From assembly GCA_963777315.1 (NCBI GenBank), contig CAVZQC010000004.1:864001-928000 (forward strand): a DNA stretch of 64,000 bases, read 5' to 3'. The position numbers and the translations under genes were made by a program. The stretch is from Vulcanimicrobiota bacterium (lineage in GTDB: Bacteria; Vulcanimicrobiota; Vulcanimicrobiia; Vulcanimicrobiales; Vulcanimicrobiaceae). Shown piece after piece: positions 10,798 to 20,349 of the stretch (position 1 is its first letter; each line of letters starts with the position of its first letter). Under the pieces are notes generated by a model. It was not told the origin of the DNA. It saw only the letters and a program-made list of their open reading frames with translations, and did no database searches.

Positions 10798-10899
10798 ACG
10801 TTATGAATATCGGTCGCCTACCGGAAAAGTTGCAGAACCTGCGCTCCGCAGGCAGCCGTACGGCGGGAACACCCGGCCCTTTGGACCAAAATTGCGGCT

Positions 10900-11562
10900 A
10901 TGGAGACGATAGAAAGCGTTACGGAAGTCCGGCGCATGCTCTCGCCGGCGCCGCGCCCGCAAAGCGTGGCCTTCGACGGTGAAACGCTCTGGATGGGCTC
11001 GCTCGAGACTTCGCGCCTGTATGCTCTCGACCCGCTGCACTGGACGGTGCGCGAGGAAACCGAAGCGCCCGGTAAGCCGTACGGCATCACCGTCATGGGT
11101 GAGGAACTTCGGGTGCTGCTCTCGGAAGGGCCTGACGACAAACGCATCATTCGGCGGTACATTCCGGGCCACGGATTTAAAAACAACGGCGCGATTGCAT
11201 GCCCCGACGACACCGGCTCGCAACTGGGTTACGACGGGGATCGGCTCTACGTCAGCCAGTGGTACAATAGGCGCATCATTTCGCTCGATGCGGACGGACG
11301 AATCGGAACGGTGATCGAAGCGCCGCACGGCATTTGCGGGCAAGTGATTTTCGGCGGCGCCTTTTATCTGCTGGGCACCGACGATGAAGAATCCGACGAG
11401 TATTTCCTCTCACGGATCGACGCGCGCGACGGAACGGCGAAAGCCGACGACATCGCCCGCGTCAACTTTCAGGGCCGCGGTTTAGCGTTCGACGGAACTC
11501 GCTTCTGGAGCAATCATCGCGAGAAGCACGAGATCGTCGCTTTTACGATTCCGTCCTGGTGA
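10900..11562 (+). CDS. beta-propeller-like hypothetical protein (YncE/glutaminyl-cyclase-like repeats)
   Basis: Repeated AFDG..LW, YDGDRLY and GLAFDGTRFW blades. Confidence 0.65.
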   Translation: METIESVTEVRRMLSPAPRPQSVAFDGETLWMGSLETSRLYALDPLHWTVREETEAPGKPYGITVMGEELRVLLSEGPDDKRIIRRYIPGHGFKNNGAIACPDDTGSQLGYDGDRLYVSQWYNRRIISLDADGRIGTVIEAPHGICGQVIFGGAFYLLGTDDEESDEYFLSRIDARDGTAKADDIARVNFQGRGLAFDGTRFWSNHREKHEIVAFTIPSW

Positions 11563-11582
11563 CGGGTCCGTTCGTCACGCCT

Positions 11583-11903
11583 TTACTGATGAGTCTTGGG
11601 CACCTTCGGGTGCGCAGGCGCAGAAACCGCCCGCATCTCGATCTTCATTAAATTCAACTGTTGCTGCAACTCTAAATATTGGGTTTGCAGCAGCTGCTGC
11701 TGCATCTGGGCCTGCAGATTTGCGCGTGAAAGATTCTGCTGGCTCTCAAGCCGCACGGCCTGCGTATTGAGCTGGTTCTGCATTTGCTGCTGGAGCGCTT
11801 GCGTTACGATGACGCGGTTGACCCGTGGACTCACGTCCGCCCGTACGGCAACCGGCAAAAGGAACGCGGCGGCAATCAGCGCGGCCGCAAACGATCTTCT
11901 CAT
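11583..11903 (-). CDS. secreted Gln-rich hypothetical protein
   Basis: Signal peptide ending VRA; Gln-rich helical body. Confidence 0.65.
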   Translation of the reverse strand: MRRSFAAALIAAAFLLPVAVRADVSPRVNRVIVTQALQQQMQNQLNTQAVRLESQQNLSRANLQAQMQQQLLQTQYLELQQQLNLMKIEMRAVSAPAHPKVPKTHQ

Positions 11904-11918
11904 AGCGGGATCATGACC

Positions 11919-13283
11919 CTACGCCACGGGGTTTGGTTGCTGCTCGCGAGGCAAGCACAGCGTCACGCGCGTGCCCTTGCCCGGAGCGGTTTCCAGCCGA
12001 GCCGTCCCGTGTGCCCGCTCGACAGCGCGCCTGGCTATCGCAAGCCCCAAGCCCGAACCGTCGATTTCGCCGTGCGCGCCGCGATAAAAGCGGTCGAATG
12101 CATGCTCGGCATCCTCGGGCTCCATCCCCGGCCCCGAATCGGAAACGCTGATGCAGGCAGCATCGGAATCGCTGGTTACGTCGATTCGCACATCGGACTT
12201 CGGTGCATACTTGAGCGCGTTGTCGACCAAATTTTTCACTGCTTCGTATAGTTCGGATTCATCCGCCGTAACGATGGCGGACCCGGCGGCGGCATCGGTC
12301 CGGATGCGCCCGTTTGCCAGCGGATGCAACGCGTCGGCCGCGCGTTGCGCCACCGCGTTCAAGTCTACCGGTACGGGGCGCGTTGCCGCCGGCGCGCGGT
12401 CCAAGCGCGCGAGCAGAATGAGCTTTTCGATGATCGACCGCATCTTGCGGCTCTCGTCGAGCATGGTTTCATACGTGCGTTGAGTCCCTTCGCTGCCTTG
12501 AACGATCCCTTGGCGCAGCACATCGAGATAGCCCATGATAATCGTCAGCGGCGTGCGCAGTTCGTGCCCCGCGTCGGCGATGAACTGGCGCATCTGCGCT
12601 TCGGTTTGCCGGCGTTCCGCGGTCGCCGTCGCCAAGCTGTATGCCACGTCGTTGTACGCGTTGGTCAACTCCCACAAGTTGTTGCCTTCGCTCAAAAGCC
12701 GGCGCGGTGAAAAATCACCCGCTGCGACCACGCGAAGTGCCTGCGTCACTTCGGCCAGCGGAACCACGGCACGCGCGGTAATGCGCCGGCCGATCAGCCA
12801 TGCTGCCAGCACGCCCAGCGCGCCGATGGGCAGCATGATCGACCAGTACCACAGCAAGATTTGGCCGAAGCGATCGAAATCCGCGCTGATCGCGATCGTG
12901 CCGCCGGCGATCGGCACCTGCACTCGCGGCAGTCCCACGAGCCGCCCGATCGCAATGACCACGGCGCGGCCGGCACCGGCCGATTGCCGGCGCTCGTTTT
13001 GCGCAAGCGGGCGTCCGCGATCGTCGAGCACCAGTACGCGAAAGCGTGAACGGCCCACGGATGCCGCAAGCCGGGGCGCAACCTGCGCGAGCGGATGCGC
13101 GGGAGTTATCAGTCGCCCGGCGATTTCGGACGCGCGCTGCGCCGCCGACGCAACGGCGTCGTTCATGCCGCGCGCGTACAGCAAAAATGCCAGCGCGGTA
13201 GACGCCGCAACGATCGCCAGAATCAAAACGACGGCCAGCGCCACGTACGCGCGCGTGATGCTCCGGCTCAGCGATGCAAACAT
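11919..13283 (-). CDS. HAMP-domain sensor histidine kinase
   Basis: DAGHELRTPL H-box, NLVDNALKY N-box, DSGPG and GSGLGL G-boxes; two TM segments. Confidence 0.95.
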   Translation of the reverse strand: MFASLSRSITRAYVALAVVLILAIVAASTALAFLLYARGMNDAVASAAQRASEIAGRLITPAHPLAQVAPRLAASVGRSRFRVLVLDDRGRPLAQNERRQSAGAGRAVVIAIGRLVGLPRVQVPIAGGTIAISADFDRFGQILLWYWSIMLPIGALGVLAAWLIGRRITARAVVPLAEVTQALRVVAAGDFSPRRLLSEGNNLWELTNAYNDVAYSLATATAERRQTEAQMRQFIADAGHELRTPLTIIMGYLDVLRQGIVQGSEGTQRTYETMLDESRKMRSIIEKLILLARLDRAPAATRPVPVDLNAVAQRAADALHPLANGRIRTDAAAGSAIVTADESELYEAVKNLVDNALKYAPKSDVRIDVTSDSDAACISVSDSGPGMEPEDAEHAFDRFYRGAHGEIDGSGLGLAIARRAVERAHGTARLETAPGKGTRVTLCLPREQQPNPVA

Positions 13284-13955
13284 CTATTCGATACGCAGGG
13301 TGTAGCCGACGCCGCGCACGGTATGAATCAGCCTTTGCTCGAAACCGTCGTCGACCTTGGCGCGCAAGTACGAAATGTAGCGCTCGACCGCCGCGGGCGT
13401 CACGTCCCGTTCGTCGCCCCATACCATTTCGAGCAGCTCGTCGCGGGTGAACACGCGTTTGGGGCGGCGCAGCAGCGTGACGAGCAGATTGAATTCCAGC
13501 GGCGAAAGGTCCAAGCGCGTGTCCGCGCGCTGCGCGACGTGCGTCTGCAGATCGACGATCAGGTCCGCGTACCGCAGCACGTCGCCGTGTTCGATGTGCG
13601 GGCGTCGCAGTTTGGCCTCGATGTGCGCGATCAGTTCGGATATCTCGAAGGGCTTGCTTAAGTAATCGTCCGCGCCGTGAGACAGGCCGGAAACCTTGTC
13701 TTCCACCTCGCCCTTTGCGCTGAGCATGATGACCGGCGCGTCGGTGATGCGCCGCAGCATCGGCAGCAGCGAGATCCCGTCGATCTTTGGCAGCATCACG
13801 TCCAGCACGATCGCGTCGGGCTCCCACTGCGTTGCCGCCGTCAGCGCGGTCTGTCCGTCGGGCGCGCTCTGCACGTCGTAGCCGTGGTGGCGCAAGCTGA
13901 GTTCGAGCAACTCTCGGATGCGCCGCTCGTCGTCCACCACAAGCACGCGAGTCAT
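13284..13955 (-). CDS. OmpR/MprA-family response regulator
   Basis: RVLVVDD, LDVMLP, GADDYLSKPF, IHTVRGVGY; ATG at 13955 overlaps the permease stop. Confidence 0.95.
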   Translation of the reverse strand: MTRVLVVDDERRIRELLELSLRHHGYDVQSAPDGQTALTAATQWEPDAIVLDVMLPKIDGISLLPMLRRITDAPVIMLSAKGEVEDKVSGLSHGADDYLSKPFEISELIAHIEAKLRRPHIEHGDVLRYADLIVDLQTHVAQRADTRLDLSPLEFNLLVTLLRRPKRVFTRDELLEMVWGDERDVTPAAVERYISYLRAKVDDGFEQRLIHTVRGVGYTLRIE

Positions 13956-15163
13956 TCGAAGCGCAGCGCCTCGATCGGCCGCAAGTTGGCGGCTTTGCGC
14001 GCCGGATAGTATCCGAAGAACACGCCGACCATCGCCGAGAACAGCACGGAAAACGCGATCCATGCGGGTGGGATCATCATCGGCCACTTCGCGAGAAGAG
14101 CGACCACACCCGTACCGCCCAGGCCGAACACGACTCCGATCAGGCCGCCGACCGTGGATAGCACGATCGATTCGGTCAGGAACTGGCGCAGAATCACCCG
14201 TCCGCGCGCGCCCACCGCCATCCGCAATCCGATTTCGCGCGTACGTTCGGTAACGGACACCATCATGATGTTCATGATGCCGATGCCTCCGACGATGAGC
14301 GAAACGGCCGCAACGCCCGCGAGCAGAAATTCCATCACCGCTCCGGTCGACGATGCGGCCGCTGCGATGTCCTGAAGATTGCGAACCGAGAAATCGTCCT
14401 GCTGCGCAGGCGCAATCCGATGGCGCTGCTCGAGCAGTGCGGTAACCTCGTTCTGCACGTCCGTTACGCTTTGAGAATCCTGCGCCGAAACCATCAGGGT
14501 GTTCACCGTCGTTTGTCCGGTCAGCCGCTGCATGGCGGACGTGTAGGGAATCATGATCGTATCGTCTTGATCTTGCCCCATGCCGCTTTGCCCGAGCGCG
14601 GACAGTGTCCCTACCACCGTAAACGGCACGCCTTTGACGAACACCGTTTTGCCCAGTGGCGACGATCCGTCCGGAAACAGATTCGCAATGACCGTTTGGC
14701 CCAATACCGCGACCTTTGCGGCCGAAGCAACGTCGTTTTGCGTGAAGAACGTGCCGCTCGCCATCGGCCAGCTGCGCACGAACGTATACGTGGGCGCCAC
14801 GCCGGAGATCGACGTCTGCCAGTTGTTGCCGCCCGAAACGACTTGCGATCGGACGCTCACGACGGGCGACACCGCCGCAACGCCGGACAGCTTGGCAATG
14901 GCCATGCCGTCGTCGGGCGTGAGGGTCGAAGCGCCGCCGAAACCGCTGCGCGCGCCGCTTTGCGTGACGCTTCCCGGCATGACGACGATCATGTTGCTGC
15001 CCAGGCTGTTGATTTGATTTTGCACCGATATGCGCGCACCCGCGCCGATCGCGACCGTGACGATCACCGCCGCGACGCCGATGATGACGCCCAGCATCGT
15101 GAGCAGCGAGCGCCCGCGATTGCGCAGCAGCGCATCCAACGCGAGTCGAAGCGTCGACATCAT
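13952..15163 (-). CDS. MacB-like ABC transporter permease
   Basis: RSLLTMLGVIIG, GGIGIMNIM.VSVTERTREIG, PIEALRFE. Confidence 0.95.
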   Translation of the reverse strand: MMSTLRLALDALLRNRGRSLLTMLGVIIGVAAVIVTVAIGAGARISVQNQINSLGSNMIVVMPGSVTQSGARSGFGGASTLTPDDGMAIAKLSGVAAVSPVVSVRSQVVSGGNNWQTSISGVAPTYTFVRSWPMASGTFFTQNDVASAAKVAVLGQTVIANLFPDGSSPLGKTVFVKGVPFTVVGTLSALGQSGMGQDQDDTIMIPYTSAMQRLTGQTTVNTLMVSAQDSQSVTDVQNEVTALLEQRHRIAPAQQDDFSVRNLQDIAAAASSTGAVMEFLLAGVAAVSLIVGGIGIMNIMMVSVTERTREIGLRMAVGARGRVILRQFLTESIVLSTVGGLIGVVFGLGGTGVVALLAKWPMMIPPAWIAFSVLFSAMVGVFFGYYPARKAANLRPIEALRFE

Positions 15164-15861
15164 GCCGCCTCCTGCATACGGCACGTGTCGGAAACCACAC
15201 GGCCGTCGCGGAATGCGATCACGCGCTTCGCGTAAGCGGCCACGTCCGGCTCGTGGGTGACGAGCAGAATCGTTATCCCGCATTCTCGATTCAGACGCGC
15301 GAACAGGTCCATGACGTCCTGCGACGTCTTCGTATCCAACGCGCCGGTGGGCTCGTCGGCCAGAATCAAACCCGGATTGTTCACCAGCGAACGCGCTATG
15401 GCGACGCGCTGCTGCTGACCGCCGGACATCTGGTTGGGCGCATGCTCGGCCAAATGTGCGACGCCGACGATCTCCATTTTCTCCAGCGCGATGCGCCGGC
15501 GTTCTTCGTCGGGCACTCCCGCATAGACCATCGGCAATTCGACGTTCTGCAGCGCGCTGGTGCGCGGGAGCAGATTGTACGACTGAAACACGAAGCCCAA
15601 GCGCCGGCTGCGAATGTCCGCGCGCTCGTCGGGGCACAGGTTCGAAACGTCGCTGCCTTCGAACGTGTACTTACCGGCGGTAGGCTCGTCGAGCAGTCCG
15701 ACGATGTGCATGAAGGTCGATTTGCCCGAACCCGAGGGCCCCATCACCGCGACGAACTCGCCCGGTTCGATCTGCACGCCTACATCGTCCAGCGCGCGCA
15801 CGCGCTGGGTGCCTAAGTCGTACACTTTCTCGAGTGCTTCAACCTTTACTACGGGTACCAT
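15160..15861 (-). CDS. ABC transporter ATP-binding protein (MacB/LolD type)
   Basis: GPSGSGKS, MSGGQQQR, ADEPTG. Confidence 0.95.
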   Translation of the reverse strand: MVPVVKVEALEKVYDLGTQRVRALDDVGVQIEPGEFVAVMGPSGSGKSTFMHIVGLLDEPTAGKYTFEGSDVSNLCPDERADIRSRRLGFVFQSYNLLPRTSALQNVELPMVYAGVPDEERRRIALEKMEIVGVAHLAEHAPNQMSGGQQQRVAIARSLVNNPGLILADEPTGALDTKTSQDVMDLFARLNRECGITILLVTHEPDVAAYAKRVIAFRDGRVVSDTCRMQEAA

Positions 15862-17513
15862 TAGCGTATCGCCCTTCCGATGCCGCCCATGCCGGCGGGA
15901 CCGCCGCCGTGCGTACTTGCAGACGGCTTACGAGCGCCCGCGCCGGACGAACCGCTCGCGACGATCACGTTGTCACCGGCGCTCAGCGAGCCGTGCACGG
16001 GCGTTACCGCGGCTTGCGTTCCGCTGATGAGATCAACGCGCACTCGAACGGGCTGCGGCTTTCCATTTGCGCTCACGAACACGACACCCGTACCGCCCGC
16101 GCTCACCGCACTGCCTGCGCCCGAGGCGGTTTGCCCCCACGGCGCGGCTGCAGATGCGGTCCCGGACGATGCAGAGCCTTGCACGTTTTGCACGTTTTGC
16201 ACGTTCTGCACGTGTTTGTGCGTCGTCTTCGCATCGCTGGGACGAAAGCCGAGCGCCTGCGTCGGCACCACCAGCGCGTTATGGCGCGTTTGCACGGCTA
16301 TCGTAGCGTTTGCCGTCATGCCCGGAAGCAGCTTGTTCTGCGGATTGCCGACCAGCGTGATCACGGTATAGGTCACGACGTTCGAAACCGTGGTCGGATT
16401 CTCGCGCACTTGCGTAACCACGCCGTCGAAAGTTTGATTAGGATAGGCCAGTACGCTGAAACTCACGGGGTTGCCCGGGCGCACGTTGCCGATGTCCGGC
16501 TCGCCAACCGCGATGTCGACTTCCATCTTTTTCAGATCTTGGGCTATCGTGAACAGCGTGGGCGTTTGAAAGCTGGCCGCAACGGTCTGCCCTACCGAAA
16601 CGTTGCGCGCGATCACGGTGCCGTCGACCGGCGAGGTAATTACGGCGCGCTGAATGTTCAGCTGGTCCTGCGCCACCTGCGCGCCGGCCGCAGCGACGGC
16701 CGCTTGCGCGGCCTGGGCCGTATCTTGCGATGCGCTCGCCTGAGCGGCGTTCACGGCGCTTTGCGCGGAACTCGCCTGGGCCTGACTTACGCTCGACGCC
16801 GCTTGCGCGCGTGCCTGCACGGCTGCAGCCTGCGCTGACTTGAGCGCGCTTTGCGCGGCCACGAAATTTGATTGATCGGCATCGTATTGGCTTTGCGCGA
16901 TGTAGCCCTGGGAAAGCAAGGAACGGTCGCGGCCGACGGTTTGCTGCGCGACGTCGAGCGCGCTTTGCGCCTTGGCTACGTTTGCGTCCGCCGTGGCGAT
17001 GCCGGCCTGCGCGGCCTGCGCGTTCGCGTTCTGCGCAGCACTGTTTGCCTGCGCGACGACTATGCTGGACTGCGCTCCGCCGGCGGTTTGCTGCTGCGCT
17101 GCGGCTTGTGCCTGCGCTTGCGCGAGCGACGCCTGCGCCTGCTGCAGCTGCGCCTGCAGTTGGCTCGTGTCCAGTTTGGCCAGCACCTGGCCTTTGCGGA
17201 CCTTACTGTTGTAATCGACGTAGATTGCGTCGATCGTGCCCGACACCTGCGTGCCGACGGTGATCGTGTCTTGCGGATTGACCGTTCCGGACGCAGTCAC
17301 GCTCTGCGTGAGATCCTGCGTGACGACCGGCTGCGTTTGGTACGCTGCAGACGCGCCCGAGCGGGTCGCCAGCATCATGCCGGCGGCCAACGCCGCAATG
17401 AGCAGCAGAGCGGTCAGAATCGCCGGCATTTTGCGCCGTTTGAGGCTCGCGAACACGCCGTCCAGCCGCGGAAGCGACGGAAGGCTGATGGTGGCTTGAT
17501 ATTTTCCTAGCAT
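15861..17513 (-). CDS. MacA-like periplasmic adaptor (membrane fusion) protein
   Basis: ASGTVNP, GTQVSG, long Ala/Gln coiled coil, SPVDG, GQTVAASFQTPTLF, LLPGMTA. Confidence 0.92.
   Translation of the reverse strand: MLGKYQATISLPSLPRLDGVFASLKRRKMPAILTALLLIAALAAGMMLATRSGASAAYQTQPVVTQDLTQSVTASGTVNPQDTITVGTQVSGTIDAIYVDYNSKVRKGQVLAKLDTSQLQAQLQQAQASLAQAQAQAAAQQQTAGGAQSSIVVAQANSAAQNANAQAAQAGIATADANVAKAQSALDVAQQTVGRDRSLLSQGYIAQSQYDADQSNFVAAQSALKSAQAAAVQARAQAASSVSQAQASSAQSAVNAAQASASQDTAQAAQAAVAAAGAQVAQDQLNIQRAVITSPVDGTVIARNVSVGQTVAASFQTPTLFTIAQDLKKMEVDIAVGEPDIGNVRPGNPVSFSVLAYPNQTFDGVVTQVRENPTTVSNVVTYTVITLVGNPQNKLLPGMTANATIAVQTRHNALVVPTQALGFRPSDAKTTHKHVQNVQNVQNVQGSASSGTASAAAPWGQTASGAGSAVSAGGTGVVFVSANGKPQPVRVRVDLISGTQAAVTPVHGSLSAGDNVIVASGSSGAGARKPSASTHGGGPAGMGGIGRAIR
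16179..16214. repeat. 9-bp tandem repeat (TTGCACGTT x3 plus one variant) encoding VQN repeats
   Basis: Read directly from the sequence; protein reads HVQNVQNVQNVQ. Confidence 0.85.
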
Positions 17514-17958
17514 GGCAACAGCGAGCGTATCGCATGTTGCTGACAACACCCGGAGACCGGATGAGAACCGGATTAAAGGCAGCTGAGGACTTAAAGCCGT
17601 ACAGTCCGTGGCCTTGCGGGTTCGCGACGTAGACTTTGTACGCATGGCGCACACCGAGCGACTGCGTGAAGATCACGTGTACCGGAGTGCCGGGCTTGAG
17701 GTCCTTGGACTGCAGCGTCTTTCCGCCGGGCAGCGAAACGAACTTGGGCCAGGACAGGAACGACATGTCCGACGGAACGCCGTCGATGCAGTGAACCCGG
17801 ACGTTTTCGATTGAAACGTGCCGCACGTAGCCGTGGCAATCGTGGTATTTACCGCCGGGCGGAAGACTGCCGCCGGCCGCGGAAACCGGAATCGTTGCAC
17901 CCATGCACAGCGTGAGCGCGAGCAGCAGGCGCGCAAGTGAGCCGAATCTATACATCAC
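17203..17958 (-). CDS. secreted hypothetical protein; coding-like part appears to end near 17585, annotated 3' extension doubtful
   Basis: TATAAT and AAGGAG upstream; signal peptide; after GLYGFKS the frame runs through the next gene's promoter and 5' end. Confidence 0.6.
   Translation of the reverse strand: MMYRFGSLARLLLALTLCMGATIPVSAAGGSLPPGGKYHDCHGYVRHVSIENVRVHCIDGVPSDMSFLSWPKFVSLPGGKTLQSKDLKPGTPVHVIFTQSLGVRHAYKVYVANPQGHGLYGFKSSAAFNPVLIRSPGVVSNMRYARCCHARKISSHHQPSVASAAGRRVREPQTAQNAGDSDRSAAHCGVGRRHDAGDPLGRVCSVPNAAGRHAGSHAERDCVRNGQSARHDHRRHAGVGHDRRNLRRLQQ
17524..17588 (-). promoter_or_regulatory. putative OmpR/MprA-type tandem boxes and -10 element of the macAB/two-component operon
   Basis: Minus strand CCTCAG-N5-TTTAAT-N5-TCTCAT (11-bp period); TACGCT 10 nt before ATG 17513. 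Confidence 0.55.
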
Positions 17959-18002
17959 GTGTCACTCTCCTTATTATAAGGGCTTTTACCCGCCGCCGGC
18001 AG

Positions 18003-18275
18003 TCAAACCAGCCGCGCATCGGCTCCGATTGGAGCGTCGTCCGGCGTGACGAGCGCTTCCTCGGCAGCGACATCGTCGGGCACGCTCAAACCGGTGGCGT
18101 GGCCGTTACGGCACGTAAGCATCACCGCGAGCTGCGAACGGCCTTCGTCCTGCGCAACGTTGAGCGGATTGCCCTGCGCATCGACTACAAATGAACGCGC
18201 GCCGGCCTGCGCGAGCACCTGCCCGCAGCGCGCGCACGCGAGCTCGCGCAGGTGGACCAGATTCACATAAGGCAT
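18003..18275 (-). CDS. small Zn-ribbon-like hypothetical protein (90 aa)
   Basis: CARC and CRNGH motifs; ATG 11 nt after the MFS stop. Confidence 0.65.
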   Translation of the reverse strand: MPYVNLVHLRELACARCGQVLAQAGARSFVVDAQGNPLNVAQDEGRSQLAVMLTCRNGHATGLSVPDDVAAEEALVTPDDAPIGADARLV

Positions 18276-18286
18276 GCAGCGTAGAC

Positions 18287-19510
18287 CTACGCCTGCTCGC
18301 CGGCCAGAGTATCGAAGCGGCGCAACTGCGGAAACAGCACCGACCACACCGCAATTACCAGCAGCGTAGCGACTCCGCCGGCCACAACGCAAGCTTGCGC
18401 GCCGATGAGTGAGGCCAAGCCGCCGGACTCGAACGCGCCCAGTTCGTTGGAAGCGCCGATAAAAACGTTCTCGACTGCGCCGATGCGCCCGCGCATGACG
18501 TCCGGCGTACGCAACTGCACCAGCGCGCTGCGGATGACGACGCTCACCATGTCGAAACCCCCCGTCAGCACGAGCGCCAAAATCGAAAGGGCGAAATTGC
18601 GCGACAATCCGAACGCAATCGTCGCCAATCCGAAACCTGCGACGCACACCAGCAGCAAGCGCCCCGCGCTTTTATTGATCGAGCGCCGAGCGACATAGCC
18701 GGCCACAAGCACCGCGCCCATCGCCGGCGCCGCGCGCAAGACGCCGAAACCGGTGGGGCCGACGTGCAGAATCGTCGTTGCGAAAACCGGCAGCAGCGCG
18801 GTTGCACCGCCGAATAGGACCGCAAACAGATCCAATGATATCGCCGCCAGGATGATCCGCCGCGAAAAAATGAAGCGCAGCCCTTCCAGCGCTGCGCGCA
18901 CGACCGGCTCAGCTTCGTAAGGGACGTCATGCCTGCTCAGAAGGCTAAAGGCAAGTGTTGCGAACACGTACGCCGCTGCGCCCAGTATGAACGCCGCCGA
19001 GGGACCCAGCGCGATAAGCGCGCCGCCCAGCGCGGGTCCCGCGATCGTGATGAGCTGCGTTGCCGACGACGTCGTGGCCTGCGCGCGCACATAGCCGTGC
19101 GCCGGCACGATGTTGGCCAGAAGCGAGCGTTGAGCGGGAGTGCCCAGCGAATGGGCAATGCCGATAAACGCCACGGCGGCCAAAGCGATCGGCAGCGAAC
19201 GCACGTGCAGAACGACGAGCGCCACGAATCCGCCCAGCCCAACGCCTTCGGCCAACGACGCTGCGGCGCATATGCTGCGACGATCGACGCGATCGGCCAG
19301 TACGCCGGCAGGCAGCGCCAGCACCAGCTGCGGTACGAACAGCACCAAGCCTACCAGTCCCAGATCGAACGGATTGTGGCGCAACCCGAAGATCTGCCAG
19401 CTCACTGCGACGTCTTCCACCGTAAACGCCAGCATCGAGCTCTGGCGCGCGACGAAGTACCAATAAAATTCGCGCGGAAATGGCCCCCTTAAGATTCGCT
19501 CTCGGTCCAC
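18287..19510 (-). CDS. MFS transporter (EntS/macrolide-efflux-like)
   Basis: GVLADRVDRR, GPALGG, LDLFAVLFGGATALLP, ASNELGAFESG; start uncertain. Confidence 0.88.
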   Translation of the reverse strand: MDRERILRGPFPREFYWYFVARQSSMLAFTVEDVAVSWQIFGLRHNPFDLGLVGLVLFVPQLVLALPAGVLADRVDRRSICAAASLAEGVGLGGFVALVVLHVRSLPIALAAVAFIGIAHSLGTPAQRSLLANIVPAHGYVRAQATTSSATQLITIAGPALGGALIALGPSAAFILGAAAYVFATLAFSLLSRHDVPYEAEPVVRAALEGLRFIFSRRIILAAISLDLFAVLFGGATALLPVFATTILHVGPTGFGVLRAAPAMGAVLVAGYVARRSINKSAGRLLLVCVAGFGLATIAFGLSRNFALSILALVLTGGFDMVSVVIRSALVQLRTPDVMRGRIGAVENVFIGASNELGAFESGGLASLIGAQACVVAGGVATLLVIAVWSVLFPQLRRFDTLAGEQA

Positions 19511-20349
19511 AAGCGCGCGAAGGCTTCGCGGTTTTTCGCCAGCACTCGATCCATGTCGGCCTTCCAGAGCGATCCTTCCAAATGCAGAGACGACAAAATC
19601 TCGACGACCCACGGACCGTTGTAGCCGGTGGCTCGTATCGAACGGATCATGTCGGCCAGCGGTATCACTCCGTCGCCCAAGCTGTAGCGGTCGGCCGTCG
19701 AACGCGGCGTCTTCCAGTCGCTCAATTGCACGAGCAGAATCTTTTTACCGCACTGACGGATTCTTTCGTCCAGCCCAGCGGTTTGCCACACGTTCCAACT
19801 GTCGATGCAGATTCCCACGTGCGGGTGATTGACGTTGTCGACCAGTTCGAGCCCCTGATCCAAATACCATACGGCCGTATCGGTGTGGATGTTGACCGGA
19901 CTGAGCGGCTCGAACGCGATGTTCATGCCGCGTTCGCCCGCAAAGTCGCCCAGTTCTTTGAGCGCTTGCGTCGTGCGCCCCACGGCCGTGCGAAAGTCGC
20001 GGTTGGGCGGTATTCCGGTGATGACGACGAAGGGCGTGTTCTTGGGCAAGTGCGGCGCGCTCATTGCGATGGCGCGTTTCATGGCATCGATGCGATCACT
20101 CGGATCCTCCGGCGTGCTCGCCATCGAGTCGACGAAGACGGAATGAATCTTCATTTGAATCGAGGAAGGCCTGAGCTCGTTCTCGGCCAGCATGTCGAGC
20201 TGCGCGCCGTAGTCTTCGTGCGCGAGTTTGAACTCGCAAATTTCGATGACGCTCGCGCCGTGCTCCCGGTACTTGCGTAAATCGGTCTGGAATGACCACG
20301 GCCAAGTCGTAAACTCGCTAAAACCAAATGTGTATGGCGTTGCCATCAT
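19489..20349 (-). CDS. sugar phosphate isomerase/epimerase (xylose-isomerase-like TIM barrel)
   Basis: IAFEPL, ICIDSWN, VQLSD, R...GDGVIPL, VVEI. Confidence 0.85.
   Translation of the reverse strand: MMATPYTFGFSEFTTWPWSFQTDLRKYREHGASVIEICEFKLAHEDYGAQLDMLAENELRPSSIQMKIHSVFVDSMASTPEDPSDRIDAMKRAIAMSAPHLPKNTPFVVITGIPPNRDFRTAVGRTTQALKELGDFAGERGMNIAFEPLSPVNIHTDTAVWYLDQGLELVDNVNHPHVGICIDSWNVWQTAGLDERIRQCGKKILLVQLSDWKTPRSTADRYSLGDGVIPLADMIRSIRATGYNGPWVVEILSSLHLEGSLWKADMDRVLAKNREAFARLWTESES

Noticed and set aside
13284..15200. 638-aa regulator and similar over-long track ORFs (36706-39942, 38952-40745, 47816-49324) as real fusions
   Set aside because: N-terminal extensions are out-of-frame overlaps of neighbouring genes; true starts are mostly marked by ATGA/GTGA overlaps
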